Origin: Clostridiales bacterium UBA1777
GTDB taxonomy: Bacteria; Bacillota; Clostridia; Oscillospirales; Oscillospiraceae
DNA length: 43,638 nucleotides
Assembly: GCA_002315275.1 (NCBI GenBank)
Contig: DCGN01000105.1
Span: forward strand, 1-43,638
Reading direction: 5' to 3'
The first letter of the stretch is position 1. Every line of letters starts with the position of its first letter. This document shows positions 32,111 to 41,060 of this stretch, piece after piece. Both the position numbers and the translations under genes were made by a program. Below the pieces are notes generated by a model. That model was not told the DNA's origin and made no database searches. It saw only the letters and a program-made list of their open reading frames with translations.

Positions 32111-35089
32111 ATGAAACTTCATCACGAAAACGAATTGATAGCACGCTCCCTTCAGTACCATGAGAAGACAGTCGTTCTTCTCACGGACGAGAGACCCGGC
32201 TTTGACAGAGACAGCGCGATAGAGCTCGGCCGTTTCCTACAGGAAAACGACTACTATGTATATGAATGCACGGCAAAGGAATTTGAGAGCAAGAACCTTG
32301 CCCTTCTCGGCAGTATGCTCGTTATTCCTCACGCACAGTCGGTTCCCGCGGAGTTTGCGCAGGCCATGAAGCATTTTTGGCTGCAGGGCGGGCAGGTACT
32401 CGTGCTCGGCGGCCCGCTGTTCAACGACCTTATCGAGGAAGAAAACGGCGTATACGTCAAGAAGGAGCTTCCCCACGGTGTGCTTGATGCACAGCACAGC
32501 GGCAAGACCGGCGATATCGTTATCGAAGGCCTCATCCCTACTCACAAGGTCTACATCGAGCAGAACGTCACCGATCTTATGACCGAAAAGCAGCCCGTTT
32601 CCGATGCAAGCATAAAGCTCAGCGCACCCACGTCCGTCGTATGCCCCGTCGCAAGACCGTACGGTATCGGCTACGGCATGGAGCACAAGAGCCGCTTCCT
32701 GCCCATCGTTGAGGTCATGGCGGAGAGCATGAGAGCACAGGGCAGACGCGGCGCGGCGGCCTTCATTATGCTCAACGATACGCGCGGCCATCTGCGCTTT
32801 ACGAACGGCTCGCGCCCGGGCTCCGTCAGCTCCACCACTATGGGCTCGGCCATCGGCTGCATCGGCATCCGCGAGCAGAAGCTTATGGCTGTTGAAGGCA
32901 TGCCCAAGCTCATCCTTGACATGGTCAACACAATGATGCGCGGCCTCTATCTCTATGAGGCAGGCGCGACGAAGTATGTCTGTTCTCCGAATGAGAGGGC
33001 TGCCCTCGGCGCGAAGATACTCAACACCACGCAGGACTTCCTCAACGTCACAGTAAGATTCTCCGTGAAAAAGGGCGGGGAGACGCTCGTGACGGAGGAA
33101 AAGCAGGTCTTCGTCATGCCGCGCACCTACACAGAGTGCACTTCGGAAGCGGTTCTCGGCGGCGAGGGCGACTATACCGTTGAGACGGAGCTTATTTGCG
33201 GCGGCAAGGTCATTGATGAGATCAGGCAGGAGCTTTTTGCTCATATTTACAGACCCGGCAAGCCGGACGAGTACGTCCGCGTGAACGGCAGAGACTTCAC
33301 TCTTGCGGGCAAGCAATGGAATATGTTCGGCATAAGCTATTGGCCGCTGTTCTTCCCGAGCTATGACCGCGAGGATTACTGGATGGGCTGGCTCGACAAG
33401 GGCAGCTACGATCCCGTTGAGGTGGAGCGCGACCTCGGCCTCCTTGAGGCCATGGGCATCAACTGCCTCTTCACAAGACTTGACGGCAATATCTTCGGCC
33501 GCTCGATAGAGCAGCTCAAGGACTTCATGCTACGCATGGAGCGCCACAATATGAAGCTCTCCCTCAGCTATGCCAACGCCACGAACCCCCTGCACTATTA
33601 CCCCGAGGCATTCCGCAAGCTGATGGACGAGGCCTGCCTCCACGAAAACCCCACGCTCTTCGGCCATGACATCTCCTGGGAGACCGGCCATCAGTTTTTC
33701 ATGGAAAACTATCTCCCGCAGTGGCGTGACGGTTGGGTGAAGTGGATAGAGGAGCGCTACGGCTCTGTCGAAAACGCGGAGAAGGATTGGGGCGTTTCCG
33801 TCGACCGCAGCGATGACGGCAGGATTATTACGCCTCCCAAGCCTCAGCTTGAGTTTGACGGCGAGTGGAGGATCAAGATCTGCGCCTTCCGCCGTTATAT
33901 GGACGATTATCTCAGCCGCATATGGAACGATGCCGTCAGCGACATCAGAAGCGTTGACCCGAACCATATCGTCGGCTTCCGCATGGGATGCTTCTACAAG
34001 GACGCGGGCCCGATACTCACGGCGACCAATAAGCACATCGACTACAGCAGCCTTGAGGGCTATTCCTTCATGGAGGATGAGGACGGCAGATTTGCCTCTC
34101 AGTGCGTCACGAAGGTGTCTCAGATGCTCACGCGCGGAAAGCCCGTCGTGTGGGTCGAATACGGCAACAACCTTATCGGCTCCTCCGGCAACTCCGCATG
34201 GTCGGCGCTCATGTGGGAGCGCGAAACGCTCACGCCGCCCGCATACAGATATGACGATCAAACCAAGTACTATGAGCAGTTTTTCAGAATGTTCAAGGCC
34301 TGCGATATAGCCGGCAGCGTTCCCTGGTGGTTCGCAGGCGGGTTCAGGCGTGTCGAATGCTCTGACTGCGGCTTGATCAACCCCGACGGGACGCTCCGCC
34401 CGGTTGCAAAGTCCTATGTGAAGCTCGGCAGGGAGTGGCTTCTCCCTGAGAGAACTCACAAACAGCCCGATGAGATCGTCAGCTATGATCCCGATATACA
34501 CAGCGGCGGCTGGGGCAAGTTCTATCTCGGCTCCGGCCCGATAGACCGCAACGAGAACAGCTGGGCAGCCGCGGAGGGCCGCGTTATCCCCGGCGTTCCA
34601 GAGTACGGCATCGGCGTTCACGCCTGCCGCAAGGCCGAGGAGGAGGGCAAGGAGCTTGCCTTCACAACGCCCGGCTTCGGCACCACCTCTGCAGATACTC
34701 CGCTCATAGCTGTCGGCAATGTGCCCTATAACGGCACGAACCCGATAAAGTATCTGGACGGCGAGTTCAACTTTGTCGAGATAAACGGCGTAACCGTTAA
34801 AAACGGCGGAGAGGTTGCGCTCAACGGCAAGGCCGACATCCGCGCCAGCATGGGCAACCTCCGCGAGGCGACATGGCTCGCGGGAGACGGCATGGGCGCG
34901 GTCGTGCTCGAAATGCGCCGTAACGGAAAGGTAATTGCAGAGCTTGCGCTTGAAAAGGACACCGAATACCTCAAGGACGGTATATTCTCCGCAAACGGAA
35001 TAGACCTTCCCGCGGGCATTACCGAGCTTCAGCTTGCAGCAAAAGGCCGCTGCGTGTTCGGCGAGCGCCGGACGATAGTAACCAGATAA
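32111..35089 (+). CDS. Large (992 aa) cytoplasmic multidomain protein with a central clan GH-A-like TIM barrel, family unassigned
   Basis: No signal peptide. The central region (about aa 385-775) shows GH-A hallmarks: NGRDFTLAGKQWNMFGISYW, a possible acid/base Glu524 (ISWETG), a possible nucleophile Glu683 (VVWVEYG), PWWFAGGF and LINPDGTLRPV. The N-terminal ~110 aa resemble the GATase-like middle domain of GH42 enzymes. Confidence 0.6.
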   Translation: MKLHHENELIARSLQYHEKTVVLLTDERPGFDRDSAIELGRFLQENDYYVYECTAKEFESKNLALLGSMLVIPHAQSVPAEFAQAMKHFWLQGGQVLVLGGPLFNDLIEEENGVYVKKELPHGVLDAQHSGKTGDIVIEGLIPTHKVYIEQNVTDLMTEKQPVSDASIKLSAPTSVVCPVARPYGIGYGMEHKSRFLPIVEVMAESMRAQGRRGAAAFIMLNDTRGHLRFTNGSRPGSVSSTTMGSAIGCIGIREQKLMAVEGMPKLILDMVNTMMRGLYLYEAGATKYVCSPNERAALGAKILNTTQDFLNVTVRFSVKKGGETLVTEEKQVFVMPRTYTECTSEAVLGGEGDYTVETELICGGKVIDEIRQELFAHIYRPGKPDEYVRVNGRDFTLAGKQWNMFGISYWPLFFPSYDREDYWMGWLDKGSYDPVEVERDLGLLEAMGINCLFTRLDGNIFGRSIEQLKDFMLRMERHNMKLSLSYANATNPLHYYPEAFRKLMDEACLHENPTLFGHDISWETGHQFFMENYLPQWRDGWVKWIEERYGSVENAEKDWGVSVDRSDDGRIITPPKPQLEFDGEWRIKICAFRRYMDDYLSRIWNDAVSDIRSVDPNHIVGFRMGCFYKDAGPILTATNKHIDYSSLEGYSFMEDEDGRFASQCVTKVSQMLTRGKPVVWVEYGNNLIGSSGNSAWSALMWERETLTPPAYRYDDQTKYYEQFFRMFKACDIAGSVPWWFAGGFRRVECSDCGLINPDGTLRPVAKSYVKLGREWLLPERTHKQPDEIVSYDPDIHSGGWGKFYLGSGPIDRNENSWAAAEGRVIPGVPEYGIGVHACRKAEEEGKELAFTTPGFGTTSADTPLIAVGNVPYNGTNPIKYLDGEFNFVEINGVTVKNGGEVALNGKADIRASMGNLREATWLAGDGMGAVVLEMRRNGKVIAELALEKDTEYLKDGIFSANGIDLPAGITELQLAAKGRCVFGERRTIVTR

Positions 35090-35165
35090 TTTATCATTAT
35101 TGTGGAGCACAATTGGGCAGATGTCAAAGACAGTCTGCCCTATAGTGCCGTAAGAAGGCGAAATA

Positions 35166-36578
35166 ATGAACTTACGCGACCGGGCATCATGCAAAGCTTT
35201 CAAACCGTTCGGTTTTAATTTTTCGGATTTTTCGGTCACTACCTCAATAGGCACGGTGACACTTCTCTCGCTGGCGATACCCATTTTCCTTGAAGTTCTG
35301 ATGAACAATCTGCTCGGCACGGTAAATACGGCGGTGCTGAGCAACTACAGCGAACAGGCAGCCGCAGCTGTCGGCACGGCGAATACCGTTCTGAGCGTCA
35401 TAACCGTGCTCGTAGGCGCGATAGCGGGAGGAAGCTCCGCCGTTATCAGCAATTATATCGGCGCCGAAAATCTCAGAGCCGCGAGAAAAGCCACGTTTAC
35501 AATATTCGCGCTCGCAATAACGATGACGGCCGTTTTCTCCGCCGTGCTCCTTGCCGCGGAGGACGGGATACTCACCTTCATGAATCTGGAGGGGGGACTT
35601 CTTGAGGATGCGAGGATATATTTCCGCTTCCGCGTGATCGTACTTCCGTTGACGGGGCTTATATCAGTCAGCAACGGTGTTATGCGCTGCTACGGCTATC
35701 CCAAGTATACTATTATCACCGGCGTCGTCATGAACATAATGAACCTGCTTTTGAATCTGTTCGTCACGCGTCTGCCGCAGTATTCTCCAGTCATCGGTGT
35801 AGAGGGCGTCTCCTGCTCTTACGTTATCAGCCAGGTGATCGGCTTCGCGTGCGCGCTGAGCTTTATCCGCCTTGTGAAGATCAAAACCGAGCGTCCCGAA
35901 AGCATGAAGGAGTTCTTCAGAATATCGGGCAAGATTCTCGGTATAGGCATTCCGACAGGCTGCTCCGCGCTGTCATATAACCTCTCGCTCACGATAACAA
36001 CGTCGTTCGTCGCCCTGCTCGGTGACTATGCGCTCTCGGCAAAGATATATTTCACAAATATTCTCAACTATGTCTTCCTCGTCAGCATGACGTTCGGGCA
36101 GGCAAACCAGCTCCTCGTCGGCAGACTGTGCGGCATGGAGGAATACGACCGTGCAAACGAGTTTAATAGGAATCTCGTCAAGTTCACCGTTGTAGTAAAC
36201 ATGGTGCTGTCGCTCACGGTGCTGCTGCTTCGAGTACCGCTGCTGCATGTCTTCACGCATGACGGGCAGATAATCTCACTCGCGCTCGGCGTTATGCTCG
36301 TGGACATTATCACGGAGCAGAGCCGTGCTGTCAGCCAGGTATACGAATACGCGCTCAAGGGAGCGGGGGACGTTTTGTTTACGCTCATCGTCGTCATCAT
36401 TTCCGGATGGGTGTGCGGCGTCGGCCTTTCGTACGTGTTCACGATAGTGTGCGGCTTCGGCATAAAGGGCATATGGATGGGCATTGCGGCCGATGAGACC
36501 GTTCGCGCCATTTCGACTTACTGCCGCTGGCGCACGGGAAAATGGAGAATTACAAGCAAAAATATAAGGAGGAACTGA
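35166..36578 (+). CDS. MATE-family efflux transporter
   Basis: 470 aa with about 12 TM helices. The N-terminal LLSLAIPIFLEVLMNNLLGTVNTAVLS is the usual MATE opening. Confidence 0.8.
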   Translation: MNLRDRASCKAFKPFGFNFSDFSVTTSIGTVTLLSLAIPIFLEVLMNNLLGTVNTAVLSNYSEQAAAAVGTANTVLSVITVLVGAIAGGSSAVISNYIGAENLRAARKATFTIFALAITMTAVFSAVLLAAEDGILTFMNLEGGLLEDARIYFRFRVIVLPLTGLISVSNGVMRCYGYPKYTIITGVVMNIMNLLLNLFVTRLPQYSPVIGVEGVSCSYVISQVIGFACALSFIRLVKIKTERPESMKEFFRISGKILGIGIPTGCSALSYNLSLTITTSFVALLGDYALSAKIYFTNILNYVFLVSMTFGQANQLLVGRLCGMEEYDRANEFNRNLVKFTVVVNMVLSLTVLLLRVPLLHVFTHDGQIISLALGVMLVDIITEQSRAVSQVYEYALKGAGDVLFTLIVVIISGWVCGVGLSYVFTIVCGFGIKGIWMGIAADETVRAISTYCRWRTGKWRITSKNIRRN

Positions 36579-36579
36579 T

Positions 36580-37605
36580 ATGAAAGCAAAACAGATAGTT
36601 TTCACCGAGATCAACAAGGCGGAGCTGCTGGAGGTCGAGTGCAAAGACCCCGGCCCGCATGACGTTATTGTCAAGATGGCATATACAACTATCAGTCAGG
36701 GCACCGAGAGAGCAAATATCTCCGGAGACCTCGATGTTGCGGCTTTTTCTCCCCGCCCGAGCGAAACGCCTATCTTCCCGCGCTACGGCGGGTACAGCGA
36801 CGCAGGAACCGTAGTTGCTGTCGGCAGCGAGGTTACGGAGTTCAAGATCGGTGACCGCGTTGCAGGCTGGTGGGGCTTCCACAAGAACTACTGTGAGTTC
36901 CCCGACACAAACCTCGTTCATGTTGACGATGCAGTTCCGCTTAACGCCGCGTCCGTTGCGCATATTGCGTGCTTTCCGATGGCGGCCATCCGCAAGACAA
37001 GGATAGAGATAGGCGAGAGCGCTATAGTCATGGGACTCGGCATCCTCGGCATCCTTGCCATCAAGGAGCTCAAGGCGGCGGGAGCAGTGCCCATCATTGC
37101 CGCGGCCCGCACGAAGGAGCACAGAGATTTCGCGCTTGCTCAGGGCGCTGACTACGCCTTCAACCCGAACGATGATGATTTCGTTGAAAACGTAAAGTCC
37201 GTTACAAACGGCGGAGCACATGTTGCCATAGAGGTAACGGGCTCGGGTCAGGCGCTTGACAGAGTACTTGATGTTATCCGCCCGAAGGGCAGAGTTGCCC
37301 TCCTCGGCTGCACGAGAAATAAAGACTTCACTATTGACTATTACAGAAAGGTCCACGGCCCCGGCGTAGCTCTCATCGGTGCGCATACCGCCGCAAGACC
37401 GGCTGTTGATTCTTACCCCGGCTTCTGGACTGTCCGCGATGAGATGAACGCCATCCTCAACCTGCAAAAGGGAGGCAGGCTCGATCTTCAGAGCCTCGTC
37501 ACGGAGGTTCACTCCCCGAATGAAGCGCCAGAGGTGTATCACCGCATGCTCACGGAGAAGCTCTTCCCGGTGGGAGTGCAGTTCGACTGGTCAAAGCTTG
37601 AGTAA
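36580..37605 (+). CDS. MDR-superfamily (zinc-type alcohol dehydrogenase-like) oxidoreductase
   Basis: 341 aa. GroES-like N-domain (GDRVAG) and Rossmann loop VMGLGILG. The usual catalytic-Zn Cys region reads TTISQGTE. RBS AGGAGGAA. It starts 1 nt after the MATE stop. Confidence 0.8.
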   Translation: MKAKQIVFTEINKAELLEVECKDPGPHDVIVKMAYTTISQGTERANISGDLDVAAFSPRPSETPIFPRYGGYSDAGTVVAVGSEVTEFKIGDRVAGWWGFHKNYCEFPDTNLVHVDDAVPLNAASVAHIACFPMAAIRKTRIEIGESAIVMGLGILGILAIKELKAAGAVPIIAAARTKEHRDFALAQGADYAFNPNDDDFVENVKSVTNGGAHVAIEVTGSGQALDRVLDVIRPKGRVALLGCTRNKDFTIDYYRKVHGPGVALIGAHTAARPAVDSYPGFWTVRDEMNAILNLQKGGRLDLQSLVTEVHSPNEAPEVYHRMLTEKLFPVGVQFDWSKLE

Positions 37606-37609
37606 GACA

Positions 37610-37640
37610 AAACACGCGGAAAAAGCTTTTCCGCGTGTTT
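37610..37640. terminator. Bidirectional intrinsic terminator
   Basis: Near-perfect 15-bp palindrome aaacacgcggaaaa(a)g / cttttccgcgtgttt between convergent genes. Confidence 0.8.
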
Positions 37641-37642
37641 CT

Positions 37643-38488
37643 TTATCTTATTTCAGAGAGGAACTGTGACGAAGCATCGACCTTTTCCCGGCAAAGCTCG
37701 TAATTTGTCGAATAGTATGCCATAAAAAGCGCATCGAGCATTGCAAGCTGACTTACGCGGGAGGTGAGGGCGATCTTGTGAAGCGGACTTTCCCTTGTCT
37801 GCGTGCAGAGCACGGCATCTGCGTTCCTCCCGACAGCGCTGTCGGGGAAGGTCGTTACTGCGAGGGAGGCAAACCCGAGACGCTTTGCAAGCTTAAGAAT
37901 GTTTACCGCGGCTGAAGTTTCGCCCGAGTGAGAAACCGCGATGACCGCGTCTCCCTTTTCGAAGCCTGACAGTATCGCGGCGGCGCTGTCCGCGCTGTCT
38001 GCCGCAAACGTTGTCTTGCCGACTTTTCGGAGCTTTATCGCCGTGTCGGTGCAGGCAACATACGAGGTGCTGCAGCCGAAGAGCAAAAGGCGCTTTGCGT
38101 TCGCTATCATATTCGCTCCCGCCTCAAGCGCGGAATAATCAAGCTGCTCTATCGTGGCGAGGATGGAATCCATCTCTGCGCGGAGGACCTTTTCAACTGC
38201 GTTTTTCACATTGCCGGGCTCGCCGTTTTCAAGGTCGAGAAAGAGATCGTTACGGATCGGGCGGCTTTGCGCAAGCTGCAGCCGGAGCTCCTTATATCCT
38301 GCGAAGCCCAACTTCTTCGCCAGCCTCACCGGAACAGCGGGACTCACCCCGCAGGCATCGGAAAGCTCATATACGCTCAGGCCGATAGACGCGTCAAAAT
38401 GGCTGAGCAGATGATCGGCCACGGTTTTTTCGTTTTTCGACAATTTTGCGTAGTTTGATGTTATGATCTGAACAGAATCAGGACTCAT
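37643..38488 (-). CDS. MurR/RpiR-family transcriptional regulator (HTH_6 plus SIS)
   Basis: 281 aa. N-terminal HTH (LSKNEKTVADHLL...VYELSDACGVSPAVPVRLAKKLGFAGYKELR) and a SIS domain (LLFGCSTSY...AVSHSGET). Confidence 0.88.
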   Translation of the reverse strand: MSPDSVQIITSNYAKLSKNEKTVADHLLSHFDASIGLSVYELSDACGVSPAVPVRLAKKLGFAGYKELRLQLAQSRPIRNDLFLDLENGEPGNVKNAVEKVLRAEMDSILATIEQLDYSALEAGANMIANAKRLLLFGCSTSYVACTDTAIKLRKVGKTTFAADSADSAAAILSGFEKGDAVIAVSHSGETSAAVNILKLAKRLGFASLAVTTFPDSAVGRNADAVLCTQTRESPLHKIALTSRVSQLAMLDALFMAYYSTNYELCREKVDASSQFLSEIR

Positions 38489-38517
38489 GGTGCTGCCCTC
38501 GCTTGCCGTTTTTTATT

Positions 38518-38546
38518 ATAATACCATTCACAAACGGCGATTTCAA
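38518..38546 (-). promoter_or_regulatory. Candidate promoter of the RpiR gene
   Basis: On the minus strand: TTGAAA (38546-38541), a 17-nt spacer, then TATTAT (38523-38518). Confidence 0.4.
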
Positions 38547-38558
38547 TAGCACCGGGGC

Positions 38559-38587
38559 TTGACTTTGAAATTTTGCTGCGATAAAAT
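38559..38587 (+). promoter_or_regulatory. Candidate promoter of the kinase-nanE-murQ-GH42-like operon
   Basis: TTGACT (38559-38564), a 17-nt spacer, then TAAAAT (38582-38587), back to back with the RpiR promoter. Confidence 0.45.
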
Positions 38588-38620
38588 AATTATCATGAAA
38601 TAATGCTACAGGAGGGCAAC

Positions 38621-39538
38621 ATGCCATACTGTCTTGCAATTGACTCCGGAGGGAGCAAAACCGATATAATATGCTTTGATAAGCACGGCTTTTCCGAAAC
38701 TGTCAGTATAAAGGGGCTGGGGATATCCTTTGAGTCGGACGAGGATCTGCCGGAGCTGAGGGAGGCTGTCTCCGCGCTTGCGGCGAAGTACGATATCCGC
38801 TCTGCGGTAGTAAATCTCGGCGGCAAAAACAAGCGGCAGTTTTATAACTGCATCAAGAGCTGCCTCGGCGATGCTCCCGTATCCGTGTACAGAGAGTCCG
38901 AGGGTGAGGCCGCGCTCGCGTTCGGCGAGGAGAGCGGCGCGTCTATAGTTCTCATGGCCGGAACGGGAACCATAACCGCAGGTCAGGCACCCGACGGAAG
39001 GCGCATCATCGGCGGCGGATGGGGCATGAACATAGGCGACGGCGGCAGCGGATACGATATCGGCTTGAATGCCGTCAGGGCGGCGCTCATTGCACTTGAC
39101 AGGAACGAACCGCTGACTCCGCTTCAGAAAGAGATAACCGGGCTTAATGCGCCTATATGTGCCGACGGTGACGTAACTGCCATATGCAAGACGAGGGACG
39201 ATGTCCGCTCGCGCCTTTTCCCGATAGAGCGAAAGAAAATCGCCGCGATTTCAAAGTCGGTCGCACGCCACTGTGAGAGCGGCGAGGAAGATGCTCTTCG
39301 CATAATGGCCGAGGCGGGTGAAAAAATGGCCGAGTTAGTGGCGGACGGTCTAAAGAAGCTGCCGGGAGCAAAGCCGGTCGTAGGAGTAGTCGGCGGGCTG
39401 GTAGGCTGCGCGGAATACTGGAAGAGCGCGTTTGAAAAGAAAATAAAAGCGAGCTTTTCCGATGCGGAGACCGTGTATATGAGGGACGGCCTTATCCGCG
39501 GCGTAAAGCTTCTGGCAGAAAAGCAGATTGGAGAATAA
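38621..39538 (+). CDS. BadF/BadG/BcrA/BcrD-type sugar kinase (N-acetylglucosamine / MurK-like kinase)
   Basis: Start ATG 38621 (MPYCLAIDSGGSKTD), the ASKHA phosphate-1 loop, with the RBS AGGAGGG. The second motif is MAGTGT. Confidence 0.75.
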   Translation: MPYCLAIDSGGSKTDIICFDKHGFSETVSIKGLGISFESDEDLPELREAVSALAAKYDIRSAVVNLGGKNKRQFYNCIKSCLGDAPVSVYRESEGEAALAFGEESGASIVLMAGTGTITAGQAPDGRRIIGGGWGMNIGDGGSGYDIGLNAVRAALIALDRNEPLTPLQKEITGLNAPICADGDVTAICKTRDDVRSRLFPIERKKIAAISKSVARHCESGEEDALRIMAEAGEKMAELVADGLKKLPGAKPVVGVVGGLVGCAEYWKSAFEKKIKASFSDAETVYMRDGLIRGVKLLAEKQIGE

Positions 39539-39539
39539 G

Positions 39540-40235
39540 ATGGAATTTCCGAGAGGTTTGATAGTTTCAAGTCAAGCGCTGGCGGGCAACCCGATGCTCG
39601 ATCCGGAAAAGCTTGCGTCTATGGCACACGCCGCCGCGATCGGAGGAGCATCCGCTCTTCGCGTTAACGGCGCAGAGGTGGTGTCGCTCCTTTCAAAGCG
39701 CGTGGACGTGCCGATAATCGGCATAAACAAGGTCAAGGATGACACGGGAAGAACTGTTATCACGCCGACCTTTGAGCTTGCAAAGGAGGTCGTTGACGCG
39801 GGCGCGTCCATCGTTGCGCTTGACGCGACGTTCTATCCGTCCAATGCGAAAAAAAGCTCCCTCAAGGAGCTTATAGCAAGGCTTCACGGTGAGCTCGGCG
39901 TGCTCGTCATGGGCGATATCAGCACTCCGGACGAGGCTGAAGCCGCCGCCGAGGCGGGCGCGGATGCCGTTTCCACAACGCTTGCGGGCTACGTTCCCGG
40001 TGCACTCCATACTCAGGAGGAGCTTTACACGCCAAACTATGCGATGATAGAGGAGATAGCCTCGCGCAAGCTGTCGACCGCGCTTGTTGCGGAAGGGCGC
40101 TTCTGGAGTCCCGAGGATGTTGTAAAGGGACTCAGGCTCGGTGCACAGGCCGTCGTTATCGGCAAGGCCATTACAAACCCGATGGCTATCACAAAATATT
40201 TCGTTCAGAAGATTGCGGAGGGCATGGCATTATGA
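39540..40235 (+). CDS. nanE: N-acetylmannosamine-6-phosphate 2-epimerase
   Basis: LIVSSQAL...GGASALRVNG...PIIGINK...ALDAT...LVMGDIST..EA...GADAVSTTLAGY...VAEGRFWSPE...AVVIGKAITNP is collinear with the NanE family pattern. Confidence 0.85.
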   Translation: MEFPRGLIVSSQALAGNPMLDPEKLASMAHAAAIGGASALRVNGAEVVSLLSKRVDVPIIGINKVKDDTGRTVITPTFELAKEVVDAGASIVALDATFYPSNAKKSSLKELIARLHGELGVLVMGDISTPDEAEAAAEAGADAVSTTLAGYVPGALHTQEELYTPNYAMIEEIASRKLSTALVAEGRFWSPEDVVKGLRLGAQAVVIGKAITNPMAITKYFVQKIAEGMAL

Positions 40236-41047
40236 GCACAGAGATGATAAATCCCGATACCGTCCGCATTTCGGAGGTGGGAACGGAGGAGATACTCCGC
40301 CTTATCAATAATGAGGACAAAAAGGTGCCGGACATAGTCGCAGCCTGCATCCCCGACATAGCGAAGCTCGTCGAGGAGGGCGTAAAAGCGCTTTCGTCGG
40401 GTCACAGAATAATCTACTGCGGAGCAGGCACGAGCGGAAGGCTCGGCGTTGTCGACTCTGCGGAATGCCCTCCGACCTACGGGCTTGACCCCTCGAGCTT
40501 TACGGCGATAATCGCAGGCGGACCGGGCGCTGTTTTCCGCGCGGCAGAGGGCTGCGAGGACAGCCGCGAGAAGGGTGTTGAGGCGTTTGAAAACGCAAAA
40601 TGCACCGCAGGGGATCTTGTTATAGGCATCTCCGTTTCCGGGCAGGCTCCGTTTGTGTGCGCGTTCATGGAGGAGGCTGCAAAAGCCGGCTGCACGGTCG
40701 GCGCGATAGTGAACAATGCCGACTGCCCGATGAGCAAGCTCACTGAGCTGCTCGTTTTTGCGGATACAGGCGCAGAGGTCGTCATGGGCTCGACACGCAT
40801 GAAGGGCGGCTCGTCCCAGAAGATGATCCTGAATATGTTCTCCACGGCGGTCTGCATCCGCATGGGATATGTTTATAAAAACTTTATGGTCAATATGCAG
40901 GTATCGAACTCCAAGCTCCGCCGCCGTGCGATATTCATCATGAAAAACGCCGTCGGAGTTGACGAAGGAAATGCCGTAAGACTGCTTGAGAATAACGCAT
41001 GGTATGTCCGCGGCGCTGTCGAGCAGGCCATAAGAGAAGGACTTTGA
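40232..41047 (+). CDS. murQ: N-acetylmuramic acid 6-phosphate etherase-like SIS protein
   Basis: 271 aa. GAGTSGRLGVVDSAECPPTYG, GISVSGQAPF, GSTRMKGGSSQKMILNMFST are the MurQ signature blocks. ATGA overlap with nanE. About 25 aa shorter at the C-terminus than E. coli MurQ. Confidence 0.85.
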   Translation: MSTEMINPDTVRISEVGTEEILRLINNEDKKVPDIVAACIPDIAKLVEEGVKALSSGHRIIYCGAGTSGRLGVVDSAECPPTYGLDPSSFTAIIAGGPGAVFRAAEGCEDSREKGVEAFENAKCTAGDLVIGISVSGQAPFVCAFMEEAAKAGCTVGAIVNNADCPMSKLTELLVFADTGAEVVMGSTRMKGGSSQKMILNMFSTAVCIRMGYVYKNFMVNMQVSNSKLRRRAIFIMKNAVGVDEGNAVRLLENNAWYVRGAVEQAIREGL

Positions 41048-41060
41048 CGGGAGGCCGGAT

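Noticed and set aside
35115-35140. Hairpin gggcaga-N12-tctgccc between the 992-aa gene and the MATE gene as a possible terminator
   Set aside because: No U-tract follows it (tatagtg) and the stem is short. It is probably not an efficient intrinsic terminator, so I treat the MATE and MDR genes as possibly co-transcribed.
32237-35344. Minus-strand ORFs 32237-33316 (359 aa) and 33530-35344 (604 aa)
   Set aside because: They are antisense to the 992-aa gene, with Ala/Arg/Gly-rich composition and no RBS. The 604-aa ORF also runs across an intergenic region and into the MATE gene.
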